Shown here: positions 16,591-26,237 of the stretch, one piece after another
Layout of the letters: every line of letters begins with the position of its first letter
How positions within the stretch are numbered: position 1 is the first letter of the stretch
NCBI GenBank assembly: GCA_031430735.1
Contig: JANPCB010000121.1
Span: 4,869 to 68,868, forward strand
Length of the DNA stretch: 64,000 nucleotides
Direction of reading: 5' to 3'
Source: Ferruginibacter sp.
Lineage (GTDB): Bacteria > Bacteroidota > Bacteroidia > Chitinophagales > Chitinophagaceae
The notes under the pieces: model-generated
Told to the model about the DNA's origin: nothing
The model's database searches: none
The model's input: the letters and a program-made list of their open reading frames with translations, nothing else
Made by a program: the position numbers and the translations under genes

Positions 16591-16612
16591 ATCCCCCGAA
16601 GGAGGACTTTAG
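16583..16612 (+). repeat. Hairpin repeat, family A, copy 1
   Basis: ccccctaaatcccccgaaggaggactttag matches 37650-37679 at 25 of 30 positions. The permease TAA stop (16588-16590) lies inside it. Confidence 0.8.
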
Positions 16613-16647
16613 CCCTTTGTACGTGGAAATAATTTTGATAGTTGAAG

Positions 16648-16664
16648 GTTAAGAGTTACAGGTT
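16648..16664 (+). repeat. Diverged ACGAGTT-type unit
   Basis: gttaagagttacaggtt matches gttacgagttgcgggtt (12458-12474) at 14 of 17 positions. Confidence 0.4.
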
Positions 16665-16774
16665 TTATGGTTATGAGGTAGCAAATTGCATTTATCTTGT
16701 ATTTAATATCTAAAATCTAACATCTTATTTCTTTTATGTAATTTCAAAAATTTATCTTCGCAAAAATTTTAAAC

Positions 16775-17485
16775 ATGTTACCAAAGTACAAGCGCATTCT
16801 TCTCAAACTTTCTGGCGAATCATTAATGGGCGATAAAAACTTTGGATTGGATTCTACAGTTATAGCGCAATATGCACAAGAAATAAAGCAAATAACAGAT
16901 ATGGGTGTGCAAGTGGCCATTGTTATTGGCGGCGGTAATATTTACCGAGGTATGAATGAAGCTGAAACAGGAATTGAAAGAGCACAAGGTGATTATATGG
17001 GTATGCTAGCTACTGTAATTAATGGAATGGCTTTGCAAAGCGGATTGGAAAAGGCCGGTGTAACTACCCGTTTACAAAGTGCAATAAAAATGGAACAGAT
17101 AGCCGAGCCTTATATACGTAGGCGTGCTATGCGTCATTTAGAAAAAGGTCGTGTGGTAATTTTTGGCGCAGGCACTGGTAATCCATATTTTACTACAGAC
17201 ACTGCTGGCTCTTTAAGAGCCGTGGAAATAAAAGCTGATGTAATTTTAAAAGGAACAAGAGTGGATGGCATTTACACCGCAGACCCTGAAAAAGATGCTT
17301 CGGCTACAAAATATGGTCACATTACTTTTGCAGAATGTATTGCACAAAATTTGAAAATAATGGACATGACTGCGTTTACTTTGTGTATGGAAAATAATTT
17401 ACCCATCGTTGTTTTTGATATGAATAAGCCAGGTAATTTAATGAGTGTGGTTATTGGAGAAAAAACAGGTACATTGGTAAGATAA
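16775..17485 (+). CDS. pyrH: UMP kinase
   Basis: 236 aa with [20 protein letters not shown] and [17 protein letters not shown]. Confidence 0.95.
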   Translation: MLPKYKRILLKLSGESLMGDKNFGLDSTVIAQYAQEIKQITDMGVQVAIVIGGGNIYRGMNEAETGIERAQGDYMGMLATVINGMALQSGLEKAGVTTRLQSAIKMEQIAEPYIRRRAMRHLEKGRVVIFGAGTGNPYFTTDTAGSLRAVEIKADVILKGTRVDGIYTADPEKDASATKYGHITFAECIAQNLKIMDMTAFTLCMENNLPIVVFDMNKPGNLMSVVIGEKTGTLVR

Positions 17486-17502
17486 AACTTATTCATCTAA
17501 AA

Positions 17503-17539
17503 GAAAAGAGGCAAATAAAAATACTATTTGCCTCTTTTC
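17503..17539. terminator. Bidirectional terminator (pyrH / nucleotidyltransferase)
   Basis: Perfect 15-bp stem gaaaagaggcaaata / tatttgcctcttttc with a 7-nt loop, between convergent genes. Confidence 0.85.
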
Positions 17540-17541
17540 TT

Positions 17542-18624
17542 TTAGATATATTTTTCTCCTTTGTTTCTTTTTACCTCTGCCACATAATCCTTTATTTCTT
17601 GTTCTTTGTCTTTTTTGCAGATCAATAAAACATCATTCGTATCTACCACAATAAAATCATCTAAACCTTGTAATACCACCAGTTTATTGTTGGGTACTTG
17701 TACCATGTTTTTTGTAGCGTCTATTATCATAACTTCATTGCCACCAACCGCATTTTCTAGGTAATCCTTTTCAAATGTTTCATAAGCGCTTTTCCATGTG
17801 CCTAGGTCGCTCCAGCCGAAGGATGCAGGGATTACATACACATTATCTGCTTTTTCCATTACCGCATAATCTATAGAAATACTTACACATTGCGGATAAA
17901 TCCTGTCTATATAATCTTGTTCAAATGCTGTATTAAACTTTTCTTTTTCCGCATCAAAAACTTCGTGCAATTCTGTTGCGGTTTTTTCAAATGCTTTAAT
18001 AATATTTTTTACTTGCCAAACAAAAATGCCCGCATTCCACAAAAAATCTCCGCTTGCAACAAAGGTTTTTGCAAGTTCCACATCTGGCTTTTCTGTAAAT
18101 AATTTTACTTTAAATATATTATCTCCCACAGCCATCGATTCGTATTGAATGTATCCATAGCCAGTATTTGGGTTTGTAGGTTCTATTCCCAGTGTTACCA
18201 ATGCTTTTATATGAGAGGTAAAATGCAACGCTTTTTTACAAATTTCAATAAAAGCATCTGTTTCGGTAATAAGGTGATCGGCCGGTGCGCAAATAAGATT
18301 GGCAGCAGGATTTAATTGATGCAGCTTATAAGAAATATACGCAACACATGGTGCAGTATTTTTTCTGCTTGGCTCACACAAAATATTTTTCTCCGGCAAT
18401 TCGGGCAATTGCTTTTGTACAATCTCTTTGTATTGAAGCGAGGTAACAATATAAATGTTATCTGCCGGAATAAATTTTACAAATCGGTCGTATGTAGATT
18501 GAACAAGCGTACGACCAATATTAAGAATATCCAAAAATTGTTTCGGCATATCGGTTCTGCTCATTGGCCAAAATCTACTCCCAATACCCCCAGCCATTAT
18601 AGCTACATAATTATTTTTATTCAT
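17542..18624 (-). CDS. Mannose-1-phosphate guanylyltransferase-like sugar nucleotidyltransferase
   Basis: N-terminal AIMAGGIGSRFWPMSR nucleotide-binding motif. The ~360-aa length is typical of the short ManC/GMP type. Confidence 0.8.
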   Translation of the reverse strand: MNKNNYVAIMAGGIGSRFWPMSRTDMPKQFLDILNIGRTLVQSTYDRFVKFIPADNIYIVTSLQYKEIVQKQLPELPEKNILCEPSRKNTAPCVAYISYKLHQLNPAANLICAPADHLITETDAFIEICKKALHFTSHIKALVTLGIEPTNPNTGYGYIQYESMAVGDNIFKVKLFTEKPDVELAKTFVASGDFLWNAGIFVWQVKNIIKAFEKTATELHEVFDAEKEKFNTAFEQDYIDRIYPQCVSISIDYAVMEKADNVYVIPASFGWSDLGTWKSAYETFEKDYLENAVGGNEVMIIDATKNMVQVPNNKLVVLQGLDDFIVVDTNDVLLICKKDKEQEIKDYVAEVKRNKGEKYI

Positions 18625-18645
18625 AAGCGAAACTTCTGTTTTGTT

Positions 18646-19656
18646 TTATATAATTCCTTCCCTCATCATATCATGTACATGTAAAATACCGGCATATTCA
18701 CCATTTTCTAAAACGACCAATTGGCTAATATTGTTATTTCTCATCAGATCCATAGCTTCTACTGCAAGCGCATCATGATGTATCGATTTTGGATGTTGTG
18801 TCATTACATCTTTCGCTAGTACATGCTGAAAATTTTCATACTTTTCAAACATCCTTCTCACATCGCCATCAGTAATTATTCCAACTACGGCACCGTGCAT
18901 ATCCACAACAGCTGTAGCGCCAAGTCTATTTTTAGAAATTTCTACTATAACTATTTTAATATTGTCTTCTAATAATACGCTTGGTTTTTCATGCAGTTTT
19001 ATTAAATCCCCTACCCTCAAATACATTTTTTTACCTAATGTTCCACCAGGATGATATTTTGCAAAATCGCCTGTTTTAAAATCTTTGCATTCCATTAAGC
19101 AAATGGCCAGCACATCGCCCATTACAACTTGAGCAGTTGTACTTGTTGTAGGTGCTAAGTTATTGGGGCAAGCTTCTTTTTCTACAGTAGTATTTATTAC
19201 TATATCTGCCTGCAATGCAAGATAGGACTGAATATTGCCCACCATGCCTATAAGGGTGTTCCCAAAATTTTTTATTAGCGGTGCCAAAACTTTTATCTCT
19301 GGACTATCCCCACTTTTACTAATAATAAGTACAATATCATCTTCCTGCACCATTCCCAAATCGCCATGAATGGCATCTGCAGCATGCATAAATAGGGCCG
19401 GTGTACCCGTGCTATTCATCGTAGCCACAATCTTTTGAGCTACAATAGCACTTTTCCCTATACCACTCACCACAATCCTGCCTTTACAAGCTGCCATTGT
19501 ATTTACAGCAGCTATAAGCGCTTCATCTACATAAGCTAAAAGATTTTGAATAGATACAGCCTGAAGCTCTATAGTGCGCTTTGCACTTTCTATAATAAGG
19601 TGGTTGTTTGTATTGTTCACAGATGGCAAATTTATTTTAAATAGCTCATAGTGCAA
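18646..19656 (-). CDS. KpsF/GutQ-family arabinose-5-phosphate isomerase (SIS + tandem CBS)
   Basis: SIS motif GRIVVSGIGKSAIVAQK, with two C-terminal CBS-like repeats. The start appears to be non-ATG (TTG at 19656), so the exact start is uncertain. Confidence 0.8.
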   Translation of the reverse strand: MHYELFKINLPSVNNTNNHLIIESAKRTIELQAVSIQNLLAYVDEALIAAVNTMAACKGRIVVSGIGKSAIVAQKIVATMNSTGTPALFMHAADAIHGDLGMVQEDDIVLIISKSGDSPEIKVLAPLIKNFGNTLIGMVGNIQSYLALQADIVINTTVEKEACPNNLAPTTSTTAQVVMGDVLAICLMECKDFKTGDFAKYHPGGTLGKKMYLRVGDLIKLHEKPSVLLEDNIKIVIVEISKNRLGATAVVDMHGAVVGIITDGDVRRMFEKYENFQHVLAKDVMTQHPKSIHHDALAVEAMDLMRNNNISQLVVLENGEYAGILHVHDMMREGII

Positions 19657-19874
19657 GCATACTTAAATATAATTGCAACAAATTTTAATAGAATGAAAAT
19701 AATTCGGCTTTTTTTGTTAACTTAAACAATTGAAAAATGAAGGGGCTATAATAATTTTTAACGGTTTTTTACTTTTTAACTAATCCGCTAATGAGTAACT
19801 TCGCACCCCTACAAAAAAACCTTGCACCTATTTATGCTTAAAAACTTAGGTGCTGCATTTTTTAGATTAATATT

Positions 19875-22160
19875 ATGGCTACAACAAAATCAAAAGCGGC
19901 TCCAAAAGGAAAAGCGACTAAAACAGTTTCTGCTTCACCATTAAAGGAAAACAACACAGTTTCCTCTGAATCATTAAAAGAGAACTTACAGGAATATTTT
20001 GGTTTCGATACTTTTAAATATCCCCAAGAAGACATCATAAAAAGTCTACTTTCAGGCAAAGACACATTTGTTATTATGCCTACGGGTGGAGGAAAAAGTT
20101 TATGCTACCAATTACCAGCTATGATGAGCAAAGGTGTTGCTTTAATAGTATCGCCACTAATTGCACTTATGAAAAACCAAGTAGACTTAATGCGTGGTTT
20201 TAGCAGCAAAGACCATGTGGCACATTTTTTAAATAGCACCCTCAACAAAGGCCAAATAAAAATTGTAAAAGATGATCTTACAAGTGGACGTACTAAAATG
20301 TTGTATGTAGCACCAGAAACAATGACCAAAGAAGAGAATGTAGAATTCTTTAAAACCTTGGACATTTCTTTCTTTGCTGTAGATGAAGCGCATTGTATTT
20401 CTGAGTGGGGCCACGATTTTAGGCCCGAATACAGAAGGTTGAAGGAAATGACAGAAATGATTAATCCCAACATTCCTATTATTGCCCTTACAGCTACAGC
20501 TACACCCAAAGTACAAAGTGATATAGCAAAAAACCTTGGCTTAAGAGACCCCAATATTTTTATTTCTTCTTTTAATAGAGACAATCTTCATTATGAAGTA
20601 CAACCAAAAGTAAATCTGGAACAAACAAACAAAAGTATTGTTCGTTTTATACAAAACCATAAAAATAAGAGTGGTATCATTTATACCCTCAATAGAAAAA
20701 CAACAGAGGAATTGGCTGCCATGCTTAATGCCAATGGTATATCGGCTGTACCTTATCACGCAGGATTCGATTCTAAATTGCGATCACATAGGCAAGATCA
20801 ATTTTTGAATGAAGATGTAAATGTAATTGTGGCTACTATTGCATTTGGTATGGGTATAGATAAACCCGATGTAAGGTTTGTTATTCATTATAATATTCCA
20901 AAATCTATCGAAAATTATTACCAAGAAACGGGACGTGCAGGTAGGGATGGCATGGAAGGGAAATGTGTGCTTTATTATTCTCATAAGGATGTGAGCAAGC
21001 TAGAACATTTAATGAGAGACAAAAGCCTTAGTGAAAGAGAAGTTGGCGCTCAGCTTATAAATGAAACAGTAGCCTATGCAGAAAGCAGTGTATGTAGGCG
21101 CAAAACATTGCTATACTATTTTGGTGAAAGCTATGACGACTCTACAAGTTGTGGTCATTGTGACAACTGCCTTCAACCAAAAGAAAAAGTAGAAGCCAAA
21201 GACGAAGCAGTCTGTGTACTAAAAACAATAGATGCATTGGGTGAGCAATTTGCCATTGAATATGTTTTACTTATTCTTATGGGCAAGGCAACACCTGCTG
21301 TAAAAATGTACAGGCACGAGGAGTTAGCCGTTTTTGCCTGTGGCAATGACAAGGAACCTCATTTATGGAACAGCCTCATAAGGCAAATGTTGCTACATGG
21401 TATATTAGAAAAAGACATTGTAGAATATGGTGTGCTCAAAATAACCAAACAAGGCAGGGCGTTTATGAAAAAGCCCACTTCATTTAAAATTACATTAAAT
21501 AATCTTTTTGAAGATGCCAATGCAGATGATGAAGATGCTGGCCCAGTAGGGGAAATAGAAAGTGTAACCGATCAAAAATTGTTGGAACTTTTAAAAGATT
21601 TACGCAAAAAAGTATCTAAAGAGAAAAACCTTCCTCCTTTCGTCATTTTTTTAGAAAGTTCTTTAGAAGATATGGCAACCATGTTCCCTACCACTATGGA
21701 AGAGCTAGAAAAAATAAGTGGTGTGAGTAAAGGAAAATCATTGCGCTATGGTAAACCCTTTTTAGATGTTATCATAAAGTATGTAGAAGAGAACGACGTT
21801 ATAAGACCAGATGACTTTGTAATGAAAAGTGTTGTTAATAAAAACAACAATAAAATTTTTATCATACAAAATGTAGATAAAAAGATGACCTTGGAAACCA
21901 TCGCCAAAAACAAAGGACTTAAATTAGAAGAATTATTAGAAGAAATGGAGACCATTGTAGCCAGTGGAACCAAATTAAACCTTGGTTATGCTATAGATGA
22001 AATGGTAGATGAGTATGAACAAGAAGATATAATGGATTATTTTAAAGGTTGCCAAACATCAGACCTAAATGTAGCACAGCAAGAATTGGCCGATGGCGAT
22101 TTTACATGGGAACAGCTGAAACTTATGCGCATTAAGTTTTTGAGCGAGTACGGTAATTAA
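19875..22160 (+). CDS. recQ: ATP-dependent DNA helicase RecQ
   Basis: Helicase motifs PTGGGKSLCYQLP, VDEAHCISEWGHDFRP and ATIAFGMGIDKPDVRFVIH. The zinc-binding CRR...C..CDNC is present, followed by an HRDC-like region and a C-terminal extension. Confidence 0.95.
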   Translation: MATTKSKAAPKGKATKTVSASPLKENNTVSSESLKENLQEYFGFDTFKYPQEDIIKSLLSGKDTFVIMPTGGGKSLCYQLPAMMSKGVALIVSPLIALMKNQVDLMRGFSSKDHVAHFLNSTLNKGQIKIVKDDLTSGRTKMLYVAPETMTKEENVEFFKTLDISFFAVDEAHCISEWGHDFRPEYRRLKEMTEMINPNIPIIALTATATPKVQSDIAKNLGLRDPNIFISSFNRDNLHYEVQPKVNLEQTNKSIVRFIQNHKNKSGIIYTLNRKTTEELAAMLNANGISAVPYHAGFDSKLRSHRQDQFLNEDVNVIVATIAFGMGIDKPDVRFVIHYNIPKSIENYYQETGRAGRDGMEGKCVLYYSHKDVSKLEHLMRDKSLSEREVGAQLINETVAYAESSVCRRKTLLYYFGESYDDSTSCGHCDNCLQPKEKVEAKDEAVCVLKTIDALGEQFAIEYVLLILMGKATPAVKMYRHEELAVFACGNDKEPHLWNSLIRQMLLHGILEKDIVEYGVLKITKQGRAFMKKPTSFKITLNNLFEDANADDEDAGPVGEIESVTDQKLLELLKDLRKKVSKEKNLPPFVIFLESSLEDMATMFPTTMEELEKISGVSKGKSLRYGKPFLDVIIKYVEENDVIRPDDFVMKSVVNKNNNKIFIIQNVDKKMTLETIAKNKGLKLEELLEEMETIVASGTKLNLGYAIDEMVDEYEQEDIMDYFKGCQTSDLNVAQQELADGDFTWEQLKLMRIKFLSEYGN

Positions 22161-22370
22161 TATATACCTGGTATTTTGTATTGCCCCATTTAAAAACAGA
22201 GCAAATGCATATGTTACTAAGGTAAAATTAACTGCGCTTGCAGGCAGGTTGTAATACCAAATAAAAAGTAGTGCAGCTATAGTTTATGCGTTAAATGCCT
22301 TTTTTTGGACACTCTACAAACATTGAAACAGACGAATTTATTCCGTAACTTCAACACAAAATTTATAGAT

Positions 22371-22574
22371 ATGGTAATCGAAAGGACAAGTAAAGAAGTT
22401 ATTATAAGGCTTCCATCCTACGTTGATACAGACGGACTTCAACGTTTGGTTGACTACTTAACTTATAAAGAAGCGACTGCAAAATCAAAAGCCAAGCAAT
22501 CTGATGTTGACGCATTAGCAAAGGAGGTTAAACAAGGTTGGTGGGCAAAAAACAGAAGCCGCTTTGTTAAATGA
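22371..22574 (+). CDS. Putative antitoxin of the PIN toxin
   Basis: 67-aa ORF from ATG 22371. Its TGA overlaps the ATG of the PIN gene (ATGA at 22571-22574). No recognisable DNA-binding motif. The listed TTG start at 22305 is less likely. Confidence 0.5.
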   Translation: MVIERTSKEVIIRLPSYVDTDGLQRLVDYLTYKEATAKSKAKQSDVDALAKEVKQGWWAKNRSRFVK

Positions 22575-23020
22575 AAATTGTTGTTGATACCAATATCATT
22601 TTCAGTACGCTATTAAATTCAAACAGCACTATCGGAGACCTTTTATTTAACTCTCACAAGCACTTTGAATTTTATAGTTGTAGTTATATGCGCTATGAAA
22701 TTCAAAAGCATTGGGAAAGACTCAAAAAGATATCAAAGCTATCGGACGAACAATTGCTAGTTTCTTACACACAAGTTCTCACTAAACTAAAGTTTATTAA
22801 CGAAGAAATAATTCCAGTGGAAACTTGGTTAGCTTCGGAAGAAATAACAAAAGGAATAGACATCGATGATACTGACTTTGTAGCAATAACAAAATTCTTG
22901 AAAGCTACATTGTGGACAGGAGACAAAGTTCTCTACACCGGTCTAAAAAAAATAGGCTTTAAAAAATTACTCAACACAACAGAATTACTTACACTTCGGA
23001 CAACCAAAAGAGAGAAGTAA
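22571..23020 (+). CDS. PIN-domain ribonuclease (type II toxin, VapC-like)
   Basis: Begins MKIVVDTNIIFS (first acidic residue), with later acidic positions in IDIDDTDFVA and WTGDK. 149 aa. Confidence 0.75.
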   Translation: MKIVVDTNIIFSTLLNSNSTIGDLLFNSHKHFEFYSCSYMRYEIQKHWERLKKISKLSDEQLLVSYTQVLTKLKFINEEIIPVETWLASEEITKGIDIDDTDFVAITKFLKATLWTGDKVLYTGLKKIGFKKLLNTTELLTLRTTKREK

Positions 23021-23198
23021 AACGGCAAGTAACATTGGGTCCCTGCTATGTGCATAGGTTAAAATGGCAGCATCTGTCTAGTCTTCCCGCATTATAGCGG
23101 GATTGTTCCGTATATGTGAGTAGGTATGCGCCACTTTAATCCCTGAGCATTTTTAATTCCTATTTTGCTTTATTTCACGCAACTTATCTCAAAATGTT

Positions 23199-23286
23199 TA
23201 CGAAATGTTAAAGAAAAAAAATATCTCCGAAATATTTCGTAATTAAAAAATTACTCCTACATTTGTGATGTACTAAACATTTCGTA
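23199..23286. promoter_or_regulatory. Operator-like array of A(C/T)ATTTCGTA sites with a -7 box upstream of the PDZ gene
   Basis: tacgaaatgtt at 23199-23209 and aacatttcgta at 23276-23286 form a perfect 11-bp inverted pair. The central perfect palindrome cgaaatatttcg lies at 23228-23239. tacatttg at 23258-23265 matches TAnnTTTG. Confidence 0.5.
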
Positions 23287-23302
23287 GTTAAAACAAATCA
23301 TC

Positions 23303-24394
23303 ATGAAAAAAAATATTATGTTCGGTGTTCTTGGTTGGATCGTTTCTACCATTTTTGGGGTTAAAGCAATTGGCCAAGAAGGTTCAAAACCAAATCAAAA
23401 AGAAACACAAGAAATCATCATTCGCAAAAAAGGCGATAAAGACACCAAAGTAACTGTAGAAATTACAGGCGATAAAGTACTTATTAACGGTAAACCAATG
23501 GCAGAGTTTAACGAAGAAGGCGTTACCATTAATAACCGTAAAATGATTATACGAGAGGGGAACAAATTACTAATGGACATAGATGGCCAAAGAATGGATC
23601 TTAACGACATGCAAATAGAGCTTGGAGATAAGTTATCAAAATTAGAAAAGATAGGAGCGGAAGGTTTCCCAATGAATCCGGATGACAATGAATTAACAAC
23701 TAAAATGTCAAAACCTTATACCTACTTAGGTGTAAGCACGGAAAAAACCGAAGAAGGAGCTAAAATAACGGAGGTTAGCAAAAATAGCCCAGCAGAAAAA
23801 GCAGGTTTAGAGAAAGATGATATTATCTATAAAGTTGGAGATAAAAAAATAGAAAACGCATCGGATTTATCAGAAACAATACGAGCAATGAAAGATGGCG
23901 ATAAAGTAAAAGTATATTTTTTGAGAGATGGTAAAAGGAAAGACCTAACCGCTACACTTGGCACAAATAAAAACAATATTTCTATTACCCGTAATTTTAC
24001 CTATGATATGCCAAACGGAAAAAGAAGATCGCTTACTATACCAAGATATCCAAACGGTATGGATTTTTACAATGACAATATGGAAAATGGCAGAGGGCTT
24101 TTCTTTAATATGAGTAAATCGAGGCTCGGCATTAAAATACAAGATACAGATGAAGGCAATGGCGTAAAAATATTGGAAGTAGAAAAAGCTACAGCCGCCG
24201 AAACTGCTGGGCTTCTAAAAGATGATATAATTACTGAAATTGCAGGCAAAAAGATAAACAATACCGACGAAGCAAGAGAAGAATTACAAACAAATAAAGA
24301 CAAGAACAGCTACGATATTAAGGCAAAAAGAAATGGTACAGAAATGACTTTTTCTATTAAAATACCCAAAAAATTGAAGACAGCAACCTTGTAA
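23303..24394 (+). CDS. Secreted protein with two PDZ domains
   Basis: Signal peptide present. The two PDZ-like segments are SPAEKAGLEKDDIIYKVGDKKI and TAAETAGLLKDDIITEIAGKKI. There is no protease domain. Confidence 0.75.
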   Translation: MKKNIMFGVLGWIVSTIFGVKAIGQEGSKPNQKETQEIIIRKKGDKDTKVTVEITGDKVLINGKPMAEFNEEGVTINNRKMIIREGNKLLMDIDGQRMDLNDMQIELGDKLSKLEKIGAEGFPMNPDDNELTTKMSKPYTYLGVSTEKTEEGAKITEVSKNSPAEKAGLEKDDIIYKVGDKKIENASDLSETIRAMKDGDKVKVYFLRDGKRKDLTATLGTNKNNISITRNFTYDMPNGKRRSLTIPRYPNGMDFYNDNMENGRGLFFNMSKSRLGIKIQDTDEGNGVKILEVEKATAAETAGLLKDDIITEIAGKKINNTDEAREELQTNKDKNSYDIKAKRNGTEMTFSIKIPKKLKTATL

Positions 24395-24419
24395 AAACTG
24401 GTTTTGGATGTTAAGCATG

Positions 24420-24451
24420 ATACCGTTGCAACTATATGCAACGGTATTTTT
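24420..24451 (+). terminator. Rho-independent terminator of the PDZ gene
   Basis: ataccgttgca / tgcaacggtat form a perfect 11-bp stem with a 6-nt loop, followed by a T run. Confidence 0.85.
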
Positions 24452-24703
24452 GTGGGTGCAATAATATAATTGTAAGCATCCCAACTTTTCTGAAAAGAAT
24501 AGCAAATGGATAAAATAAATCGCAAGTTTGGCATAACTAAAAGCTAGCTACAATTTTAGTTGCACCCTTTTTGTAATTAATAGTTTCCAATTTGGTACGC
24601 AAACTAAACTTCTAAACCCTCTAAACTCGAACGTTGTAGCCAAACAAAACTGTGTTATTTACTAAACGATTAATAGTTGTACCATAAATAAGTACACTTA
24701 ATG

Positions 24704-24711
24704 TATTTTTG
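24704..24711 (+). promoter_or_regulatory. Candidate -7 box directly upstream of gatB
   Basis: tatttttg matches TAnnTTTG. Its last base is only 6 nt before ATG 24718. Confidence 0.35.
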
Positions 24712-24717
24712 CAAGCA

Positions 24718-26163
24718 ATGAGTAACAATAAATATGAAGCGGTTATTGGGCTAGAAGTACATGCTCAACTACTTACAAAGAGTAAATTATTTTGCGGAGA
24801 TAGCACTAGATTTGGTGCATTGCCCAATACACATGTGAGCCCAATATCGCTGGCGCACCCGGGTACCTTGCCTGTAATGAATAAAGAAGTAATTACCCTA
24901 GCGGTAAAACTGGGAATTGCCTTACATTGTAAAATTGAAGAACATAATTATTTTGCAAGAAAAAATTATTTTTATCCAGACTTGCCAAAGGGTTATCAGG
25001 TAAGCCAACATACGGCTCCCATTTGCAATGCTGGTTATCTAAGCATACAAACCAGCAATGGTAAAAAAGAGGTGAAATTAAATCGAATTCACATGGAGGA
25101 AGATGCTGGCAAAAGCATACACGATTTATTGGAAGATTATACCGCTATAGATTTAAATCGTGCTGGTACACCCCTATTAGAAATCGTAACGGAGCCAGAC
25201 ATGCATTCTGCCGAAGAAGCATATATTTTTCTAACAGAACTTAGAAAACTTGTACGCTGGCTCGATGTATGTGATGGCAATATGGAGGAAGGAAGCCTAC
25301 GATGCGATGCAAACATTTCTGTGCGCATAAAAGGTGAAACAAGACTGGGTACAAGAGTAGAAGTAAAAAACTTAAACAGCATTCGCAATGTAAAAAAAGC
25401 AATTGAAATAGAAGTAGAAAGACTTATATCCATTACAGAAAAGGGAGAGAAAATAATACAAGAAACAAGAAGTTTTAATGCAGATACCAATACAACTTTT
25501 TCATTGCGCAGTAAAGAGGAAGCAGATGATTATCGTTATTTCCCCGAGCCAGATTTACCGCCATTTCTAATAAAGGAAGAATATGTAAATAGCATAAAAG
25601 CCACAATGCCTGCGTTACCTGCTCAGTTGCAACAAAAATATATGCAGGAATATGCTTTATCTGATTATGATGCCGCCATGATTTGCGTAGATAAAGAGGA
25701 TGCGAATTTTTTTGAAACATTGGTAGCTAAAACGAAGCTTTCTAAAAATACAGCCAATTGGGTTAATGGACCCATCAGGAATTACTGCAATGATAATAAT
25801 ATTGACATAAAGAATTTTCCATTATCAACAGAAGCCATAGCCAATCTGATAAAATTTTCCGAAAGCGGAAAAATCCATTTCAACGTAGCTTCAACACGTT
25901 TAATGGAAGCAATGATTAAAGAAAAAAATGATTCTCCCGAAACACTTGCAATGTCCATGAATTTATTGCAAGAAAACAATACAGACACTTTAGAGAAATG
26001 GGTAAATGAAACAATTGCTGCTATGCCAGATAAAGTAAAAGAATATAAGAATGGCAAAAAAGGACTTATTGGTTTATTTGCAGGTAATGTTAAAAAATTA
26101 AGCAACGGAAAGGCAGATATGGGCACAGTTACAAAAATGTTGGAAGAGAGATTGAACGTGTAG
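24718..26163 (+). CDS. gatB: Asp-tRNA(Asn)/Glu-tRNA(Gln) amidotransferase subunit B
   Basis: YEAVIGLEVHAQL, NRAGTPLLEIVTEPD and a C-terminal YqeY-like tail. I prefer ATG 24718 over the listed TTG at 24709. Confidence 0.95.
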   Translation: MSNNKYEAVIGLEVHAQLLTKSKLFCGDSTRFGALPNTHVSPISLAHPGTLPVMNKEVITLAVKLGIALHCKIEEHNYFARKNYFYPDLPKGYQVSQHTAPICNAGYLSIQTSNGKKEVKLNRIHMEEDAGKSIHDLLEDYTAIDLNRAGTPLLEIVTEPDMHSAEEAYIFLTELRKLVRWLDVCDGNMEEGSLRCDANISVRIKGETRLGTRVEVKNLNSIRNVKKAIEIEVERLISITEKGEKIIQETRSFNADTNTTFSLRSKEEADDYRYFPEPDLPPFLIKEEYVNSIKATMPALPAQLQQKYMQEYALSDYDAAMICVDKEDANFFETLVAKTKLSKNTANWVNGPIRNYCNDNNIDIKNFPLSTEAIANLIKFSESGKIHFNVASTRLMEAMIKEKNDSPETLAMSMNLLQENNTDTLEKWVNETIAAMPDKVKEYKNGKKGLIGLFAGNVKKLSNGKADMGTVTKMLEERLNV

Positions 26164-26237
26164 CTGAAAATCTTTCCTACGTAACATAAATACTTTTTAA
26201 AAAACACAACATATTTTTTATTTTCTAAATTTCATAA

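Noticed and set aside
19829-19870. Terminator-like hairpin (gcaccta...taggtgc followed by tgcatttttt) just upstream of recQ, considered as an attenuator or riboswitch.
   Set aside because: The stem is short (7 bp) with a 16-nt loop. There is no upstream + strand gene to terminate and no recognisable riboswitch core, so it is likely fortuitous.
22161-22290. Start-less hydrophobic minus-strand reading frame (…IAALLFIWYYNLPASAVNFTLVTYAFALFLNGAI…) between recQ and the TA pair, considered as a remnant of a disrupted membrane-protein gene.
   Set aside because: It has no start codon and is short. AT-rich DNA commonly yields F/I/L/Y/N-rich frames, so this is not supportable without a homolog.
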